Below the pieces are notes generated by a model. It was not told the origin of the DNA and searched no databases. It saw only the letters and a list, made by a program, of their open reading frames with translations. A stretch of DNA of 64,000 nucleotides from positions 7,904,001 through 7,968,000 of the forward strand of contig OY759599.1 of assembly GCA_963662465.1 (NCBI GenBank), in the 5' to 3' direction. Below are positions 1-9,542 of the stretch, one piece after another. The stretch's first letter is position 1; each line of letters opens with the position of its first letter. This DNA is from Desulfatiglandales bacterium (lineage in GTDB: Bacteria; Desulfobacterota; DSM-4660; Desulfatiglandales; Desulfatiglandaceae). A program made the translations under genes and the position numbers.

Positions 1-297
1 GAGCCAAAAAAACTCAGCCGTGGGACACGGGAGCAGTTGTATCTGGCCATTCGTTTCGGATACATCACACAGCATGGCCACGGGAAAGATCTGTTGCCCC
101 TTGTGATGGACGATATCCTGGTGAATTTCGATCCCACCAGGGCCAGAGAGGCCGCAAAGGGCATTGCCTCTTTTGCCGAGAGTCATCAGGTCCTCTACTT
201 CACCTGTCACCCGGAGATTGCAGCGCTTCTACAAGAGGAGAGCGGCAGAGCTGTTCTGTACCACCTGGAAAACAGCAGATTTGTGCAAAACCCATAA
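1..297 (+). CDS. C-terminal part of a YhaN-like/SMC-type AAA ATPase (5' truncated by window)
   Basis: LSRGTREQLYLAIR signature-like motif, PLVMDDILVNFD (Walker B/D-loop) and QVLYFTCH (H-loop). Confidence 0.8.
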   Translation, partial: EPKKLSRGTREQLYLAIRFGYITQHGHGKDLLPLVMDDILVNFDPTRAREAAKGIASFAESHQVLYFTCHPEIAALLQEESGRAVLYHLENSRFVQNP

Positions 298-727
298 ACT
301 GCCGGTTTGCTCGGTCAGTATCGTTTAAATGACTGTCTAAGAACATTGCAAGAAACCCATAATTTGCCTGACCCCTTTTCCGTCTTTTTTCCCTCCTTCT
401 CATCTGGTCGCAGGGTATCGGCCCATACCGATGATGGGGACGGTGTTCAAGACGCATATGTCCCGAATTCTCGACGAGTCGTACAGGGCGTGCTTTGAAC
501 CAGTGAACAGCTATAAAAAGTCTTGTTTAACCAAAAAGAATGCGATATTATTGAATCCTGGCAGGGATGCTCGGTTAAGTCTGATTTTGTACTTGAAAAC
601 AGATGCCATGTTTAGCATACTTTCAGATTAAGTACTCGCAGTTATGGAGAGACAGCTTGATCCGTGTCCAATCTGGGATATCTCGTTCGATCGGAATGGC
701 TTCAATACGATACGGAGAATAAAATAA

Positions 728-979
728 GTGCCCGATTGGCATCGCTTTGAACCATCGAATTTTGAATATGACTTTGAGAAAGACAAATTATCTGTCCACC
801 ATATCTCGTTCAACGAGGCGGTAGAATGTTTCTTTTCTGACTATGAAGTCCGGAAGAACAAACAATATCGAGACCGTTATCAATTGATCGGGAAGACAAT
901 TGGTGGGCGCAAGCTAAAGATAATTTTCCAACTCAAACCCAAGAGCATTGTCCGCATTATTACCGGGTGGCCCATATGA
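728..979 (+). CDS. BrnT-family (DUF497-like) toxin
   Basis: FEYDFEKDKL..HHISFNEAVECF..RYQLIGKT..IVRIITGW pattern; ATGA overlap with next gene. Confidence 0.7.
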   Translation: MPDWHRFEPSNFEYDFEKDKLSVHHISFNEAVECFFSDYEVRKNKQYRDRYQLIGKTIGGRKLKIIFQLKPKSIVRIITGWPI

Positions 980-1275
980 CCGCAAGGAACGACAAGATAA
1001 GGCAAAATATTTCGGCTCAGGAAATCGACCGCATCGTAGTGGAGCAGGCCGATAACGATTCCAAATGGGAAGGCCCCATTTATGTGAGTAAGTCGAAAAC
1101 TGCTTCCTTGACCATCCCCGCGACCCTTGCAGCACGAGCGGCTTTCCTGGCTAGAGTGCACAGGGCAGAGGGGCTCGATGAGTGGCTGACTCGCATTATC
1201 CGAGAGCGAATTGAGCTGGAAGAAACCGCTTTCAGTGAAGCAAAACATGAAATGTATTCCAGGAGTGGCACCTAA
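976..1275 (+). CDS. Putative antitoxin (CopG/RHH-like C-terminus)
   Basis: Coupled to the toxin via ATGA at 976-979; C-terminal SLTIPATLAARAAFLA..LTRIIRERIE is ribbon-helix-helix-like. Confidence 0.55.
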   Translation: MTARNDKIRQNISAQEIDRIVVEQADNDSKWEGPIYVSKSKTASLTIPATLAARAAFLARVHRAEGLDEWLTRIIRERIELEETAFSEAKHEMYSRSGT

Positions 1276-1623
1276 TAGCTGTCTGGATGATCCGTACTTT
1301 CCGTTTCCGGGGTTTTTTTCTCGTTCCCAAGTTCTCCACTTTAAGTGCTTTCCTGAACACGGTCACGGTTCCTTCGATAGTCCGTTTGGCTCAATACGAC
1401 AATCTTGAAGCTTTTCTGGATCGGCTTCAAAAGGAAGATGGGCTACTCAAAAAGTGGTGTGATGTTGAACAGAAAGGTTTGGTCAGAAAGCGGAAGGAAT
1501 CTAAAGAGTTGATTAAACTGCAAGATTTCTCTGAAGGCTGTTGCCAGAAGCAATTGGCAAAGGCTGCTTAAAGCAAATATCGCGCCAAAAGATCAAATTA
1601 TCAAAGAACTATTTTTCGAAAAC

Positions 1624-2037
1624 TCAAGTATTTAAGTACCTGAATACATATTTTATGATATGTACCGTTCGTATACGCCACTCATCGTCGTAAGGGCTTT
1701 CTACTAACACACGACCAATCATATCAGTATAATTGTGATCATTTGGATCGATTACAAAATTCTCAGATATCTTTCCAAGGTTGTTGCCAAATTCATCGAA
1801 AAGACCTTTCTGCTTTGCTTGGAGCATCATATCAAGTGCCAATGAAATTGGGATTCGCCAATATGCCCCTTTCTCAAAGTAAAACCGCCGGTTTGTTCTG
1901 GAACTTGGCCGGGTTTCTCGCCAACTAATACAACTGAAATTTGGGATTAAATCGATTCGATTTTGTCGGACAAGTTTAATATTGCCGGACTGTACAAGGT
2001 CTTCCTGATGATACTTTGCCATACGGTCTCCTTTCAC
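1624..2037 (-). CDS. Hypothetical protein
   Basis: 137-aa AT-rich ORF; AGGAG precedes the internal ATG (MAKY). Confidence 0.45.
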   Translation of the reverse strand: MKGDRMAKYHQEDLVQSGNIKLVRQNRIDLIPNFSCISWRETRPSSRTNRRFYFEKGAYWRIPISLALDMMLQAKQKGLFDEFGNNLGKISENFVIDPNDHNYTDMIGRVLVESPYDDEWRIRTVHIIKYVFRYLNT

Positions 2038-2246
2038 CCTGGCGGTGTTGATTGCTAACAGTTAGGATAGGTGAAAAAGTTTCCATGTATTGTGCTTATA
2101 TATCACAGAAAAAATCTCCCCTGTTATGATATTGCTATGTAAGATATAGAAAAAAAGATACTGGTTTTTCCATATATTGCATACTAGCGATAATAGCATT
2201 GAATATGCGCAAACCTAGCCAAAGTCAGTTTTTAAATATGAACTAT

Positions 2247-2351
2247 TATAGTGCCGGTCAAATGACTCGATACCAGATTTAAGCCCCAAATACCTTAAAA
2301 ATGGGGCTTTCAAGTCTCAAAACAGTATCAGGTCATGTGACCGGCACTATA
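2247..2351. mobile_element. MITE-like element with ~27-bp terminal inverted repeats
   Basis: TATAGTGCCGGTCAAATGACTCGATAC (from 2247) vs reverse complement of GTATCAGGTCATGTGACCGGCACTATA (to 2351): 24/27; inner AAGCCCCA/TGGGGCTT stem. Confidence 0.6.
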
Positions 2352-2556
2352 GTCCCCGCATCTTTCCAGTTTTCCTCTTGTATTCCATGCGCATAAAATC
2401 CCCCAGTACCCCATGAAATCCGGCGAAGGCTGGCGTAGTTCTTAGAACTTCATCCTGCGGCCAAAAATCCTTATGCCAGTACTCAAAGCGGGACTGGAAA
2501 CGAAATCCATTTCACAGGTGCCCTCTTTTAAATAATCAAAAAGTCAAATGACCAAA

Positions 2557-3459
2557 TCATCCATCGTTTTGGGAACGCACCGCAAAGGCCCGAAAGTTGT
2601 AGACGTCGTTGCGGGTGCCCCACCCGCCGCCGTAGCCGAAGTATAAGTACCTGGTGATAGAGGAATCTTCAGTTCCACTTGACCACACATACCGACCAGT
2701 GGTCTTCAAAAGAGGCGCCATGTTCTGATCCTCAAGCCCTTTCTCATGGATGTCTTCCAGTTCATTCAATGTAGGCATACGCCAACCGCCGCCTCCTGTG
2801 TTTCTTAATTTGTTCACCCAGGACTTTGCCTGCTTCCACGTCGTGTCCTTGTCCGGTCCAGCTATCCACTCAAGACCTGTTTTCGTATCCTTCACTATGT
2901 TGTTCCCGGCAGAAATATCATGCCCTTGTGTCTGCCCTGAATCGACTGGCGACGCGGTGGGCGATTTCCCATTCTCAAGCCTAAACTCGACTTCCTGAAA
3001 TTTGTCAGGGGTCAGTTCAACTTCCTTTCGGGAACGCACCGCAAACGCTCGGCGGTAGCTGGAGGCGTTGCGGTAGCCCGAGATGTAGTGCCATTCCCTG
3101 CTGCCGAGGGGGAAGTAGAAGGCCCTGGCCGTATAGGAGCCATCAGTTTCACCCGACCATACATGCCAACCAGTGGTCTTCAAGAGAGGCGTCATGTTCT
3201 GATCCTCAAGCCCCTTCTCATAGATACCTTCCAGTTCATCCATGGTAGGCATTCGCCAGCCGCCGCCTGTTTTCAGGTCGGCCACCCATGATTTCGCCTT
3301 ATCCCAGGTCGTATCCTTGTCCGGCCCCGCTATCCACTCAAGACCGGTTTTCGTATCCTTTACGATGTTATTCCCTATAGCTGCATAACGTTCGTCGATG
3401 CCTCTTCCGGAATGCTGACGACATTGATCCTGCCCTGGTTTTTTATCAGTTGGAACCCT
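2557..3459 (-). CDS. Two tandem DUF1566 (Lcl C-terminal, C-type-lectin-like) domains; probable 3' part of the upstream kinase gene
   Basis: Two copies of GNNIVKDTKTGLEW..TTW..AKSWV..GGGWRMPT..EL..W..RAFAVRS. The frame is open up to 3459, and the first domain starts upstream of the only start codon (GTG 3285). Confidence 0.75.
   Translation of the reverse strand, partial: RVPTDKKPGQDQCRQHSGRGIDERYAAIGNNIVKDTKTGLEWIAGPDKDTTWDKAKSWVADLKTGGGWRMPTMDELEGIYEKGLEDQNMTPLLKTTGWHVWSGETDGSYTARAFYFPLGSREWHYISGYRNASSYRRAFAVRSRKEVELTPDKFQEVEFRLENGKSPTASPVDSGQTQGHDISAGNNIVKDTKTGLEWIAGPDKDTTWKQAKSWVNKLRNTGGGGWRMPTLNELEDIHEKGLEDQNMAPLLKTTGRYVWSSGTEDSSITRYLYFGYGGGWGTRNDVYNFRAFAVRSQNDG
2571..3375 (-). repeat. 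Tandem duplication of the DUF1566 coding unit (~2571-2907 and ~3030-3375)
   Basis: Highly similar framework DNA, divergent 3' segments, identical 16-mer GGGAACGCACCGCAAA at 2571-2586 and 3030-3045. Confidence 0.85.
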
Positions 3460-5792
3460 TCATTTAGAATGCTTCCCGGCAAAATCTGAATCTCTTTTTC
3501 GACATCGATATACGAATCGAGTTTAAGTGTAATAGTTTGTTTTCCAGGTCCAATCTTTAGTTTGACGTTCGTCTTAAAGTTTGACATCTTGCCATTAACC
3601 CAGATAGTGGCACACTGTGGAAGGCTATTCAGATTGAGGTGGCAAGGAATGGGTTTGAGCGATTCATCGAGTTTTACCTCTTGATCCAAATTTACGGCCA
3701 CGTCCCCTGAAACCTCTTGATGATTATCCGCCTCAAACCTGTATTTATGGGTTCCTGCCGTTACATCCGCCACGGTCAGCGGCGGTTTGCCCATCAGTTT
3801 CCCATCAAGATAGAAACGGGCAGGATAGGCATCAGAGAAAGTCTTGGCGCTTACATTGATGCTGCCGGTCTGATGCTCCAGAATAACATGGATACGGTTC
3901 TCTTCATCAGGGATGATTCTTTCAATCCGACTCACGGGGAAAAAGCCGTTCATCTTCAGACGAATAGTCTTTTTACCAGCGCCCACACGATCTATTGTTA
4001 GCGGAGTTGCGCCTCGTTCAATCCCATCCACAAGAACGGTTGCCATCTCCGGTTCCGATGTGATAACCAGGGTTCCGACACCTTTCTCTTCTCCGGTTTT
4101 CAAGGCAGTCCCCGAAGTGGCCGAAATAACGCGATCACCTTTATCTTTACTCAGACCAAGACGAGAACGAAAATCCTTCTCCAGGAATTCGCTTTCACTC
4201 GAATCAAGCCCGAGTTCTTGTGACTTTGCGGTGAGGGTTGTGCGCACATTTTCCGGTAATTTACCATCCGGGGCAAAGGCGTACGCAAACTCAAGGGCTG
4301 TCAGAAATTGATCACCGGGCATAGGCCCGGACGGAGCGGCTTGGAGTATCTCAACTGCCGCTTGCTCGGGCGAAAAGAGATCTAACAAGGTGGAGATATC
4401 GGCTAATCTCTGGTCTACCTCAATTCTTGTGGCCTTATTCAAGAGATCATCGATCTTGCTTGCCGTGTCTTTTCCGAGCCCCTGAACGTACCGCTCAATA
4501 GGCTCCAGGTCGTGAAAACCGATCAGTCGCCCTGTCAAAATTCGATAAATCATCACACCGAGGGAAAAGACATCAGCCCGCCGGTCCGTCTCTTTGAATC
4601 CCCCGCGCTGTTCAGGAGCGCCGTAGTATTGGGTGGCTAAATTTGTACCGGTTACAGTTTCAAATGCCTTTGATAGCAAATTCGCCCTGCCGGTCTCTCG
4701 GGCCAGACCAAAATCTCCAATATATGGGCGGTCGTCTTTGTCTAAAAGAATGTTGGCGGGCTTGAGATCCCGATGGATGATGGACTCCGATCGATTATGA
4801 AGCCAATGGATCGATGTCAGAATTCCGCTAATGATCGGGAAGGCCCTGTCATAGCTGAGATATCCGCCTCTCCCAGTTTGCAATAGTTCGTCATCAGATC
4901 CGATCAGACTGGAGAGGTTTTTGGGGTAATAATCCATGGTAAGGTAGGGCTTTCCCCGCCATGTCTTGGTATGGCGTGCGTTGACAATTCCGGGAACGCC
5001 TTCCGTGGAGAGCCGGAGCATAATGCCTGCTTCGCGCCGGAATCTTTCCTTGAGTTCGGAAAGAGAAAGGCCCGATTCACGGACTAAATTAGGCTGCGGG
5101 GAAAAGATTTTTATGGCCGCCTGAAACGAAACCCCTTTTGGCGATGCTAAAAAGACCGAAGCAAATCCACCACTGCCAAGCCTGCGTTCAATAACGTAAT
5201 TGTCGAATTCCTGGAGGTTGTCCGGTAGGACATAAGACCGTTCCTGGGCCGCCTGGTAGTCTGAATGCATCGTTTGAGGAAGTCGACCGCCAGAACGACG
5301 CAACTCCTCCACCAACATAACAAACTCATCGGCGTTGTCCTCCAGGTCCATCTCCTTGAGCCGCCCAATGATCCCCTCATGCTTTTCCTTTTGAGCATTT
5401 TCCCTCAACTTCTGAAAACGTCCCTGATATTCTTTATAGAGCCCTTCTGCCTCCGGTCTTGTCTTTCCGGAATAGACTCCTTCCTTCAACCCCTCGTCAA
5501 TGGAATCCAGTATCCCTTCGATAAGGCTGTAGTTTGGCCCGTCAAAAGGCGTACTCATGAGTGTGGTCCGATGTTCGGTCAGGCGCTTTTGGTGGAATTC
5601 TTCCATATATGCATCATGACGATCCTTGATCACAGCCAAGGCCTTACCGGTCTCTTGGCGGTTATCAAGGGCATCTTTTAGGCAATTGACAGCCCCTTCA
5701 AGATCATGAGACTCGTAAAGCTGCCGGGCCTTGTCAACAGCCGAGGCCTGCCCGGTTGAGAACACCCCCTTCATACGATTAAGAAAGCCCAT
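3375..5792 (-). CDS. Hanks-type Ser/Thr protein kinase with C-terminal PEGA repeats
   Basis: LGSGGFASVF, AAIK, HRDLKPANILL, DFGLA, APEQ, DVFSLG; PEGA-like repeats (GTLVITSEPEMATVLVDG..TPL). Confidence 0.92.
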   Translation of the reverse strand: MGFLNRMKGVFSTGQASAVDKARQLYESHDLEGAVNCLKDALDNRQETGKALAVIKDRHDAYMEEFHQKRLTEHRTTLMSTPFDGPNYSLIEGILDSIDEGLKEGVYSGKTRPEAEGLYKEYQGRFQKLRENAQKEKHEGIIGRLKEMDLEDNADEFVMLVEELRRSGGRLPQTMHSDYQAAQERSYVLPDNLQEFDNYVIERRLGSGGFASVFLASPKGVSFQAAIKIFSPQPNLVRESGLSLSELKERFRREAGIMLRLSTEGVPGIVNARHTKTWRGKPYLTMDYYPKNLSSLIGSDDELLQTGRGGYLSYDRAFPIISGILTSIHWLHNRSESIIHRDLKPANILLDKDDRPYIGDFGLARETGRANLLSKAFETVTGTNLATQYYGAPEQRGGFKETDRRADVFSLGVMIYRILTGRLIGFHDLEPIERYVQGLGKDTASKIDDLLNKATRIEVDQRLADISTLLDLFSPEQAAVEILQAAPSGPMPGDQFLTALEFAYAFAPDGKLPENVRTTLTAKSQELGLDSSESEFLEKDFRSRLGLSKDKGDRVISATSGTALKTGEEKGVGTLVITSEPEMATVLVDGIERGATPLTIDRVGAGKKTIRLKMNGFFPVSRIERIIPDEENRIHVILEHQTGSINVSAKTFSDAYPARFYLDGKLMGKPPLTVADVTAGTHKYRFEADNHQEVSGDVAVNLDQEVKLDESLKPIPCHLNLNSLPQCATIWVNGKMSNFKTNVKLKIGPGKQTITLKLDSYIDVEKEIQILPGSILNEGFQLIKNQGRINVVSIPEEASTNVMQL

Positions 5793-5834
5793 GGCTAAAT
5801 CCTCAGGATTTGCATTTAAACATCGGAAATCGGG

Positions 5835-6620
5835 TTACACCGGAAAGGCCCACCATTCAACAAAAAGATATCCAACAGATAAGAAAGCGAGCCCGAATCC
5901 GAGCTGGATCAGAATATATACGGTCTTGTTCTCCCTTGAACGAAGGTTATAGAAAACGCTACGGTTGAGAAACCGGATGACACCCAGCATGACCAGCAAA
6001 GAAAGGAAACCAATCCCTCCTTTCCACCAACCTGAAACAAGCCTTTCCCTAACCAGCGGCCATTCCCATCCATTAATGCTGTTCTGGGCGTGAATCGCGG
6101 TGGCCGTTTCGGCATCCCAAAGCGCTGCCTGAATCACGGTTTCATTTCCGTTCAGCCAGTATGTCCCGGTGAGGAAATACCTCGCCCCCAGGACCCTTCC
6201 CACCGCAGCCGCAGTCTCTTCATTAATCATGAAATCGGTTTCACGTTTTTTCATGTCATAGAATTTGTCCATGTCGCGCATCACATACATGAACTTGTTC
6301 GACCTGTCCATTGCCATGCCCAATTGTTTCTGAAGGCGTATGCCGAAAGGAAGGACTTCTTTGGTCCCCTCTTCCCTGAAAAGGTACACTGCAACCGTTT
6401 GCCGGTCGCCGAGCGCCCAGGGGATTTTCCGGTACTCCTTCCCCCCGGGTTCCTTGAACACAAACCGCCATACCGCCTTGCTATCCAATTCCGTGACCAC
6501 TTGTTCCGCCAGCTGCTGGAGAACATCTGTGGCCTCCGGATAGACGTCCGCAAAGGCGGTGCTTGAAGCCAGAAGCGCTATATACACCAGAAAAATAAAA
6601 AAGGTTTGTTTTGTAATCAC
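5835..6620 (-). CDS. Membrane protein with CsgG/FlgO-like exported domain
   Basis: Signal peptide (..STAFA/D), AAAVGRVLGARYFLTGTY motif, two C-terminal hydrophobic helices. Confidence 0.55.
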   Translation of the reverse strand: MITKQTFFIFLVYIALLASSTAFADVYPEATDVLQQLAEQVVTELDSKAVWRFVFKEPGGKEYRKIPWALGDRQTVAVYLFREEGTKEVLPFGIRLQKQLGMAMDRSNKFMYVMRDMDKFYDMKKRETDFMINEETAAAVGRVLGARYFLTGTYWLNGNETVIQAALWDAETATAIHAQNSINGWEWPLVRERLVSGWWKGGIGFLSLLVMLGVIRFLNRSVFYNLRSRENKTVYILIQLGFGLAFLSVGYLFVEWWAFPV

Positions 6621-7824
6621 GACGACTCCACCTCAAAAGAGAAACCTAATATTTATTGGGTGGAATAGAAAAGATGAAAAGCTACACAGTCTTTATCAGA
6701 GATCCCCTTTGCAGCTAGGATAATAGTGCGATTGGGGTAAGTATTTCAAGTGCTTTCTTAAACATTCCAGAACGTGATAAGGAGAGGAAAGATTCTGGAT
6801 TACTTTTTATTTATCGGTAATAAGCCGGGTCAGACCAGTTCGCTTGAGTTTCCAGAACTAATACATTCTGCTTGGGGAAATAAACAGCATAAAATGGCAA
6901 TGTATCCAATTACATTTATGAAAACAACGGGATTCAAGATTACATCTGCCAGCCTTGAAGTCACAGATTTCGCTTTCGTAGACCAATTCCCCTGGGATCT
7001 CACCAGTAAATGAAGAAAATTTTCCATAGAGACGGGAAATTGGAAGACGCCACACAGACACAAGATAGTAGGTGCAAAAATTCGCTTCGAGGCTCCAACC
7101 ATTTGACATAACATGACAATCTAAACAGCTGGCGGCTTGAAAAACCTTGTGATACCTTTTTTGCATTGGCGTATCAGAAAAAGGTCTCCATCTTGGAAAA
7201 ACAATAGCGGGTATATCATACCGATATCACACGTGATTACTGTTTTCGAACGGCTGTGAGAAATAGCAGTAATTACAGGTCCACCTTGAACGCACTATTA
7301 GCAGGTATTCCAATGCAGCTATTGCAGCAAAATCTTGTCAAACAACCTGTTCAAATTTCTAATGCGAGGTCACAAAACTTCCACAGACGTTTTGGCGCTT
7401 GCGAAACCACAAAGTAGAAAAAGGCATCTACCTTGCGCCAACGACCCGGGTTTGTTGGGAGGAAAGAGGCCGGCAAAAAACATCCCAGATTCTGCTAAGA
7501 ACAAAGGCAAATCATTTAATGGGGGTGGTTCAGGAGGGGTGTGTTTGAAATAATGGTCGGTGAAAGCTGGAAGATGTAGCCTTTACTCTTTTAGTAAATT
7601 TTAAGTATGAAAATTTCTATTTTTAATCTTTAATATCAAATAGTTGTTGCAGTTATGGTGTTAAATGTGGTAACCGTTCACAGGGGGCAGTAATCAGGGT
7701 GTAGAAAAAGCAGTTTCGATTCGCAAATCTGAGCCGGATAAACCGGAACAGAAAAAAATATCACGCAAAGGTCCTGAATTCACTGTTCAGACAAGAAGAC
7801 ACTGGATAAACAGGGAGGAGAACG

Positions 7825-8580
7825 ATGAAAGTTTCACTTGGACGATTGCTTTTGTGGGTTTTGTGCATCTCTTTACCGATGAGAATTTGTGCTGTTGCCG
7901 CCGAATCTGAATTCTCAGAAAACCTTTCCATTGCGGAGAATTCTGAAAAAGGCTTGAGAGATCGCATTGTGGCGATACTTTATTTGGGGACATCCGGAGA
8001 GGAGCAGGCATTGAAACCGATGCTTGCAATCCTGATGAACCAGAAAGAAAAAGAGGGAATCCGGTGCGGGGCCGTCAGGGGCCTGGCGGATCTGGAACAG
8101 GGAAGGCCTCAGGTCATTTCCGGTTTTGAACAGGTGTATCGCGAACCGGGCGCGGGAGAGAATCTCAGATATACGATCCTTTTTTCCCTGGGTCGGATGC
8201 GGGCTGGGGAATCACTCCCGCTCCTTTCCGATGCCCTTTCCGATCCAAGCGAAATGATCAGGTTCAAGGCTTCGCAGGCAATAGGGAATATTGGGACGGT
8301 GGCGTCAGGAGCACTGCTCATCACCCATCTGAACAAAGAGCAGGACAAGATGGTTCGGGCCGAAATAGTTCGGGTCATGGGAGGTGCAAAGGGCCCTGAG
8401 ATCCAGAAGGTGCTCATAAAGACACTCCTGTCTGACCCATCGCCCCTGGTGCGCTGGAATGCAGCCCTTACCCTGGAAAAGTTTGAACCTTTGAGTCCGG
8501 ACGTACGTTCTGCCATTGCGCCCGCAATCAATGATGATTCCCCCATGGTTCGAAAAACGGTGAAAGGAATACTGCAATGA
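7825..8580 (+). CDS. Exported HEAT-repeat protein
   Basis: Signal peptide; repeats such as LSDPSEMIRFKASQAIG and LSDPSPLVRWNAALTL; GGAGGAG RBS. Confidence 0.85.
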   Translation: MKVSLGRLLLWVLCISLPMRICAVAAESEFSENLSIAENSEKGLRDRIVAILYLGTSGEEQALKPMLAILMNQKEKEGIRCGAVRGLADLEQGRPQVISGFEQVYREPGAGENLRYTILFSLGRMRAGESLPLLSDALSDPSEMIRFKASQAIGNIGTVASGALLITHLNKEQDKMVRAEIVRVMGGAKGPEIQKVLIKTLLSDPSPLVRWNAALTLEKFEPLSPDVRSAIAPAINDDSPMVRKTVKGILQ

Positions 8581-9542
8581 AAAAAAAATCTTTTAGAGCC
8601 AATTTCAAAACGCCCCCTTTTGCCCGATCTTTGTGTCAGGCTCAAATTTTAATCCTCGAAATATCAAATATATTCCTGTGGGTAAAATTTTTGACTTCCT
8701 TGATCTCGAATAAAATTGAGCATTTTAAAACCGGCTCTTTTATTATCTTGTTCTTCTGGTTGTTCTTCTGGGGTGGGGAATGTGTGGCCCTGGAAAAAGG
8801 GGCACTGCTGTATCACACCAGTGCCAACGGCATTATTTACGGTAAAACGGACCAACTGGAATTGCCCTGTTCCGTGCTGCAAGCCGTGCTGGGTCAATTG
8901 AAATCGGGCCACGTGGGCTTGTATATAGGGGGTCTTCGCATTATTCACGCCGTGTTAGAGGGAGTTGTGGAAACGGATTCGAAGAATTTTATCCCTGTTG
9001 ATGAAAAGGAAGAAAGCGTTGTTTACTTAGGGGCCAAATTGCCGGTGAACTATGATGATCCCTCGGAATGGAGTGAGGAAAGAAAGGAGCAGATTGTTCT
9101 GATAGCCAAAGAACAGGTTGGCAAAGGATACGATCTCCTCTTTAAGAAGCAGACTGGTCCTGATTCAGGAGATTTTACCTGCGTGGGCTTTGTGGAATAC
9201 GTGTTTGAGCAGGTAGGCTATATTGTTACCCCGATGGGTTATTACAGTGGGGGGCCGGGCGGCAAAAGCTATACCCAGGTGTACAACTGCGAGTCGACCT
9301 TGTGGCAGGACTGGGATGGTGTCAATACGTTTGCCGAGGAGGTCCGGTTCTCCATGTTCACCCATCCCCTTGACTTCTGCTGCGGCAAGGAATTTGAAGA
9401 CCGGAAGTATATGTTTTTTCCCTACACCCAGTTCTTGCAGGGCAGTACTGTTGCAGTGGAGACCGATATCCCCGTGACGGACGGAGAAGATTCTGGTGGT
9501 GGAGGCGGAGGGAGTTGCTTTATTGGAACTGTTGGGCATTGA
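8577..9542 (+). CDS. Permuted papain-like (YiiX/YebB-type NlpC/P60) enzyme with Gly-rich CFI C-terminal tail
   Basis: GHVGLYIG..IIHA precedes GKGYD..FTCVGFVEYVF (His-before-Cys permutation); ends SGGGGGGSCFIGTVGH. Start uncertain. Confidence 0.7.
   Translation: MKKKSFRANFKTPPFARSLCQAQILILEISNIFLWVKFLTSLISNKIEHFKTGSFIILFFWLFFWGGECVALEKGALLYHTSANGIIYGKTDQLELPCSVLQAVLGQLKSGHVGLYIGGLRIIHAVLEGVVETDSKNFIPVDEKEESVVYLGAKLPVNYDDPSEWSEERKEQIVLIAKEQVGKGYDLLFKKQTGPDSGDFTCVGFVEYVFEQVGYIVTPMGYYSGGPGGKSYTQVYNCESTLWQDWDGVNTFAEEVRFSMFTHPLDFCCGKEFEDRKYMFFPYTQFLQGSTVAVETDIPVTDGEDSGGGGGGSCFIGTVGH

Noticed and set aside
1287..1571. 94-aa ORF
   Set aside because: No clear RBS or family motif; may be a gene remnant.
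1265..2130. CTAAY/GTTAG motifs near 1272 and 2055 suggesting attC or dif-like sites
   Set aside because: No convincing attC fold or 28-bp XerC/D consensus, and no integrase in the window.
2037..2556. Possible DGR template repeat next to the DUF1566 gene
   Set aside because: No AAC-rich copy of the variable segments found here or elsewhere in the window by eye.
6700..7800. Short overlapping ORFs in an AT-rich gap
   Set aside because: No recognisable domain in any frame; probably decayed DNA and promoter sequence.
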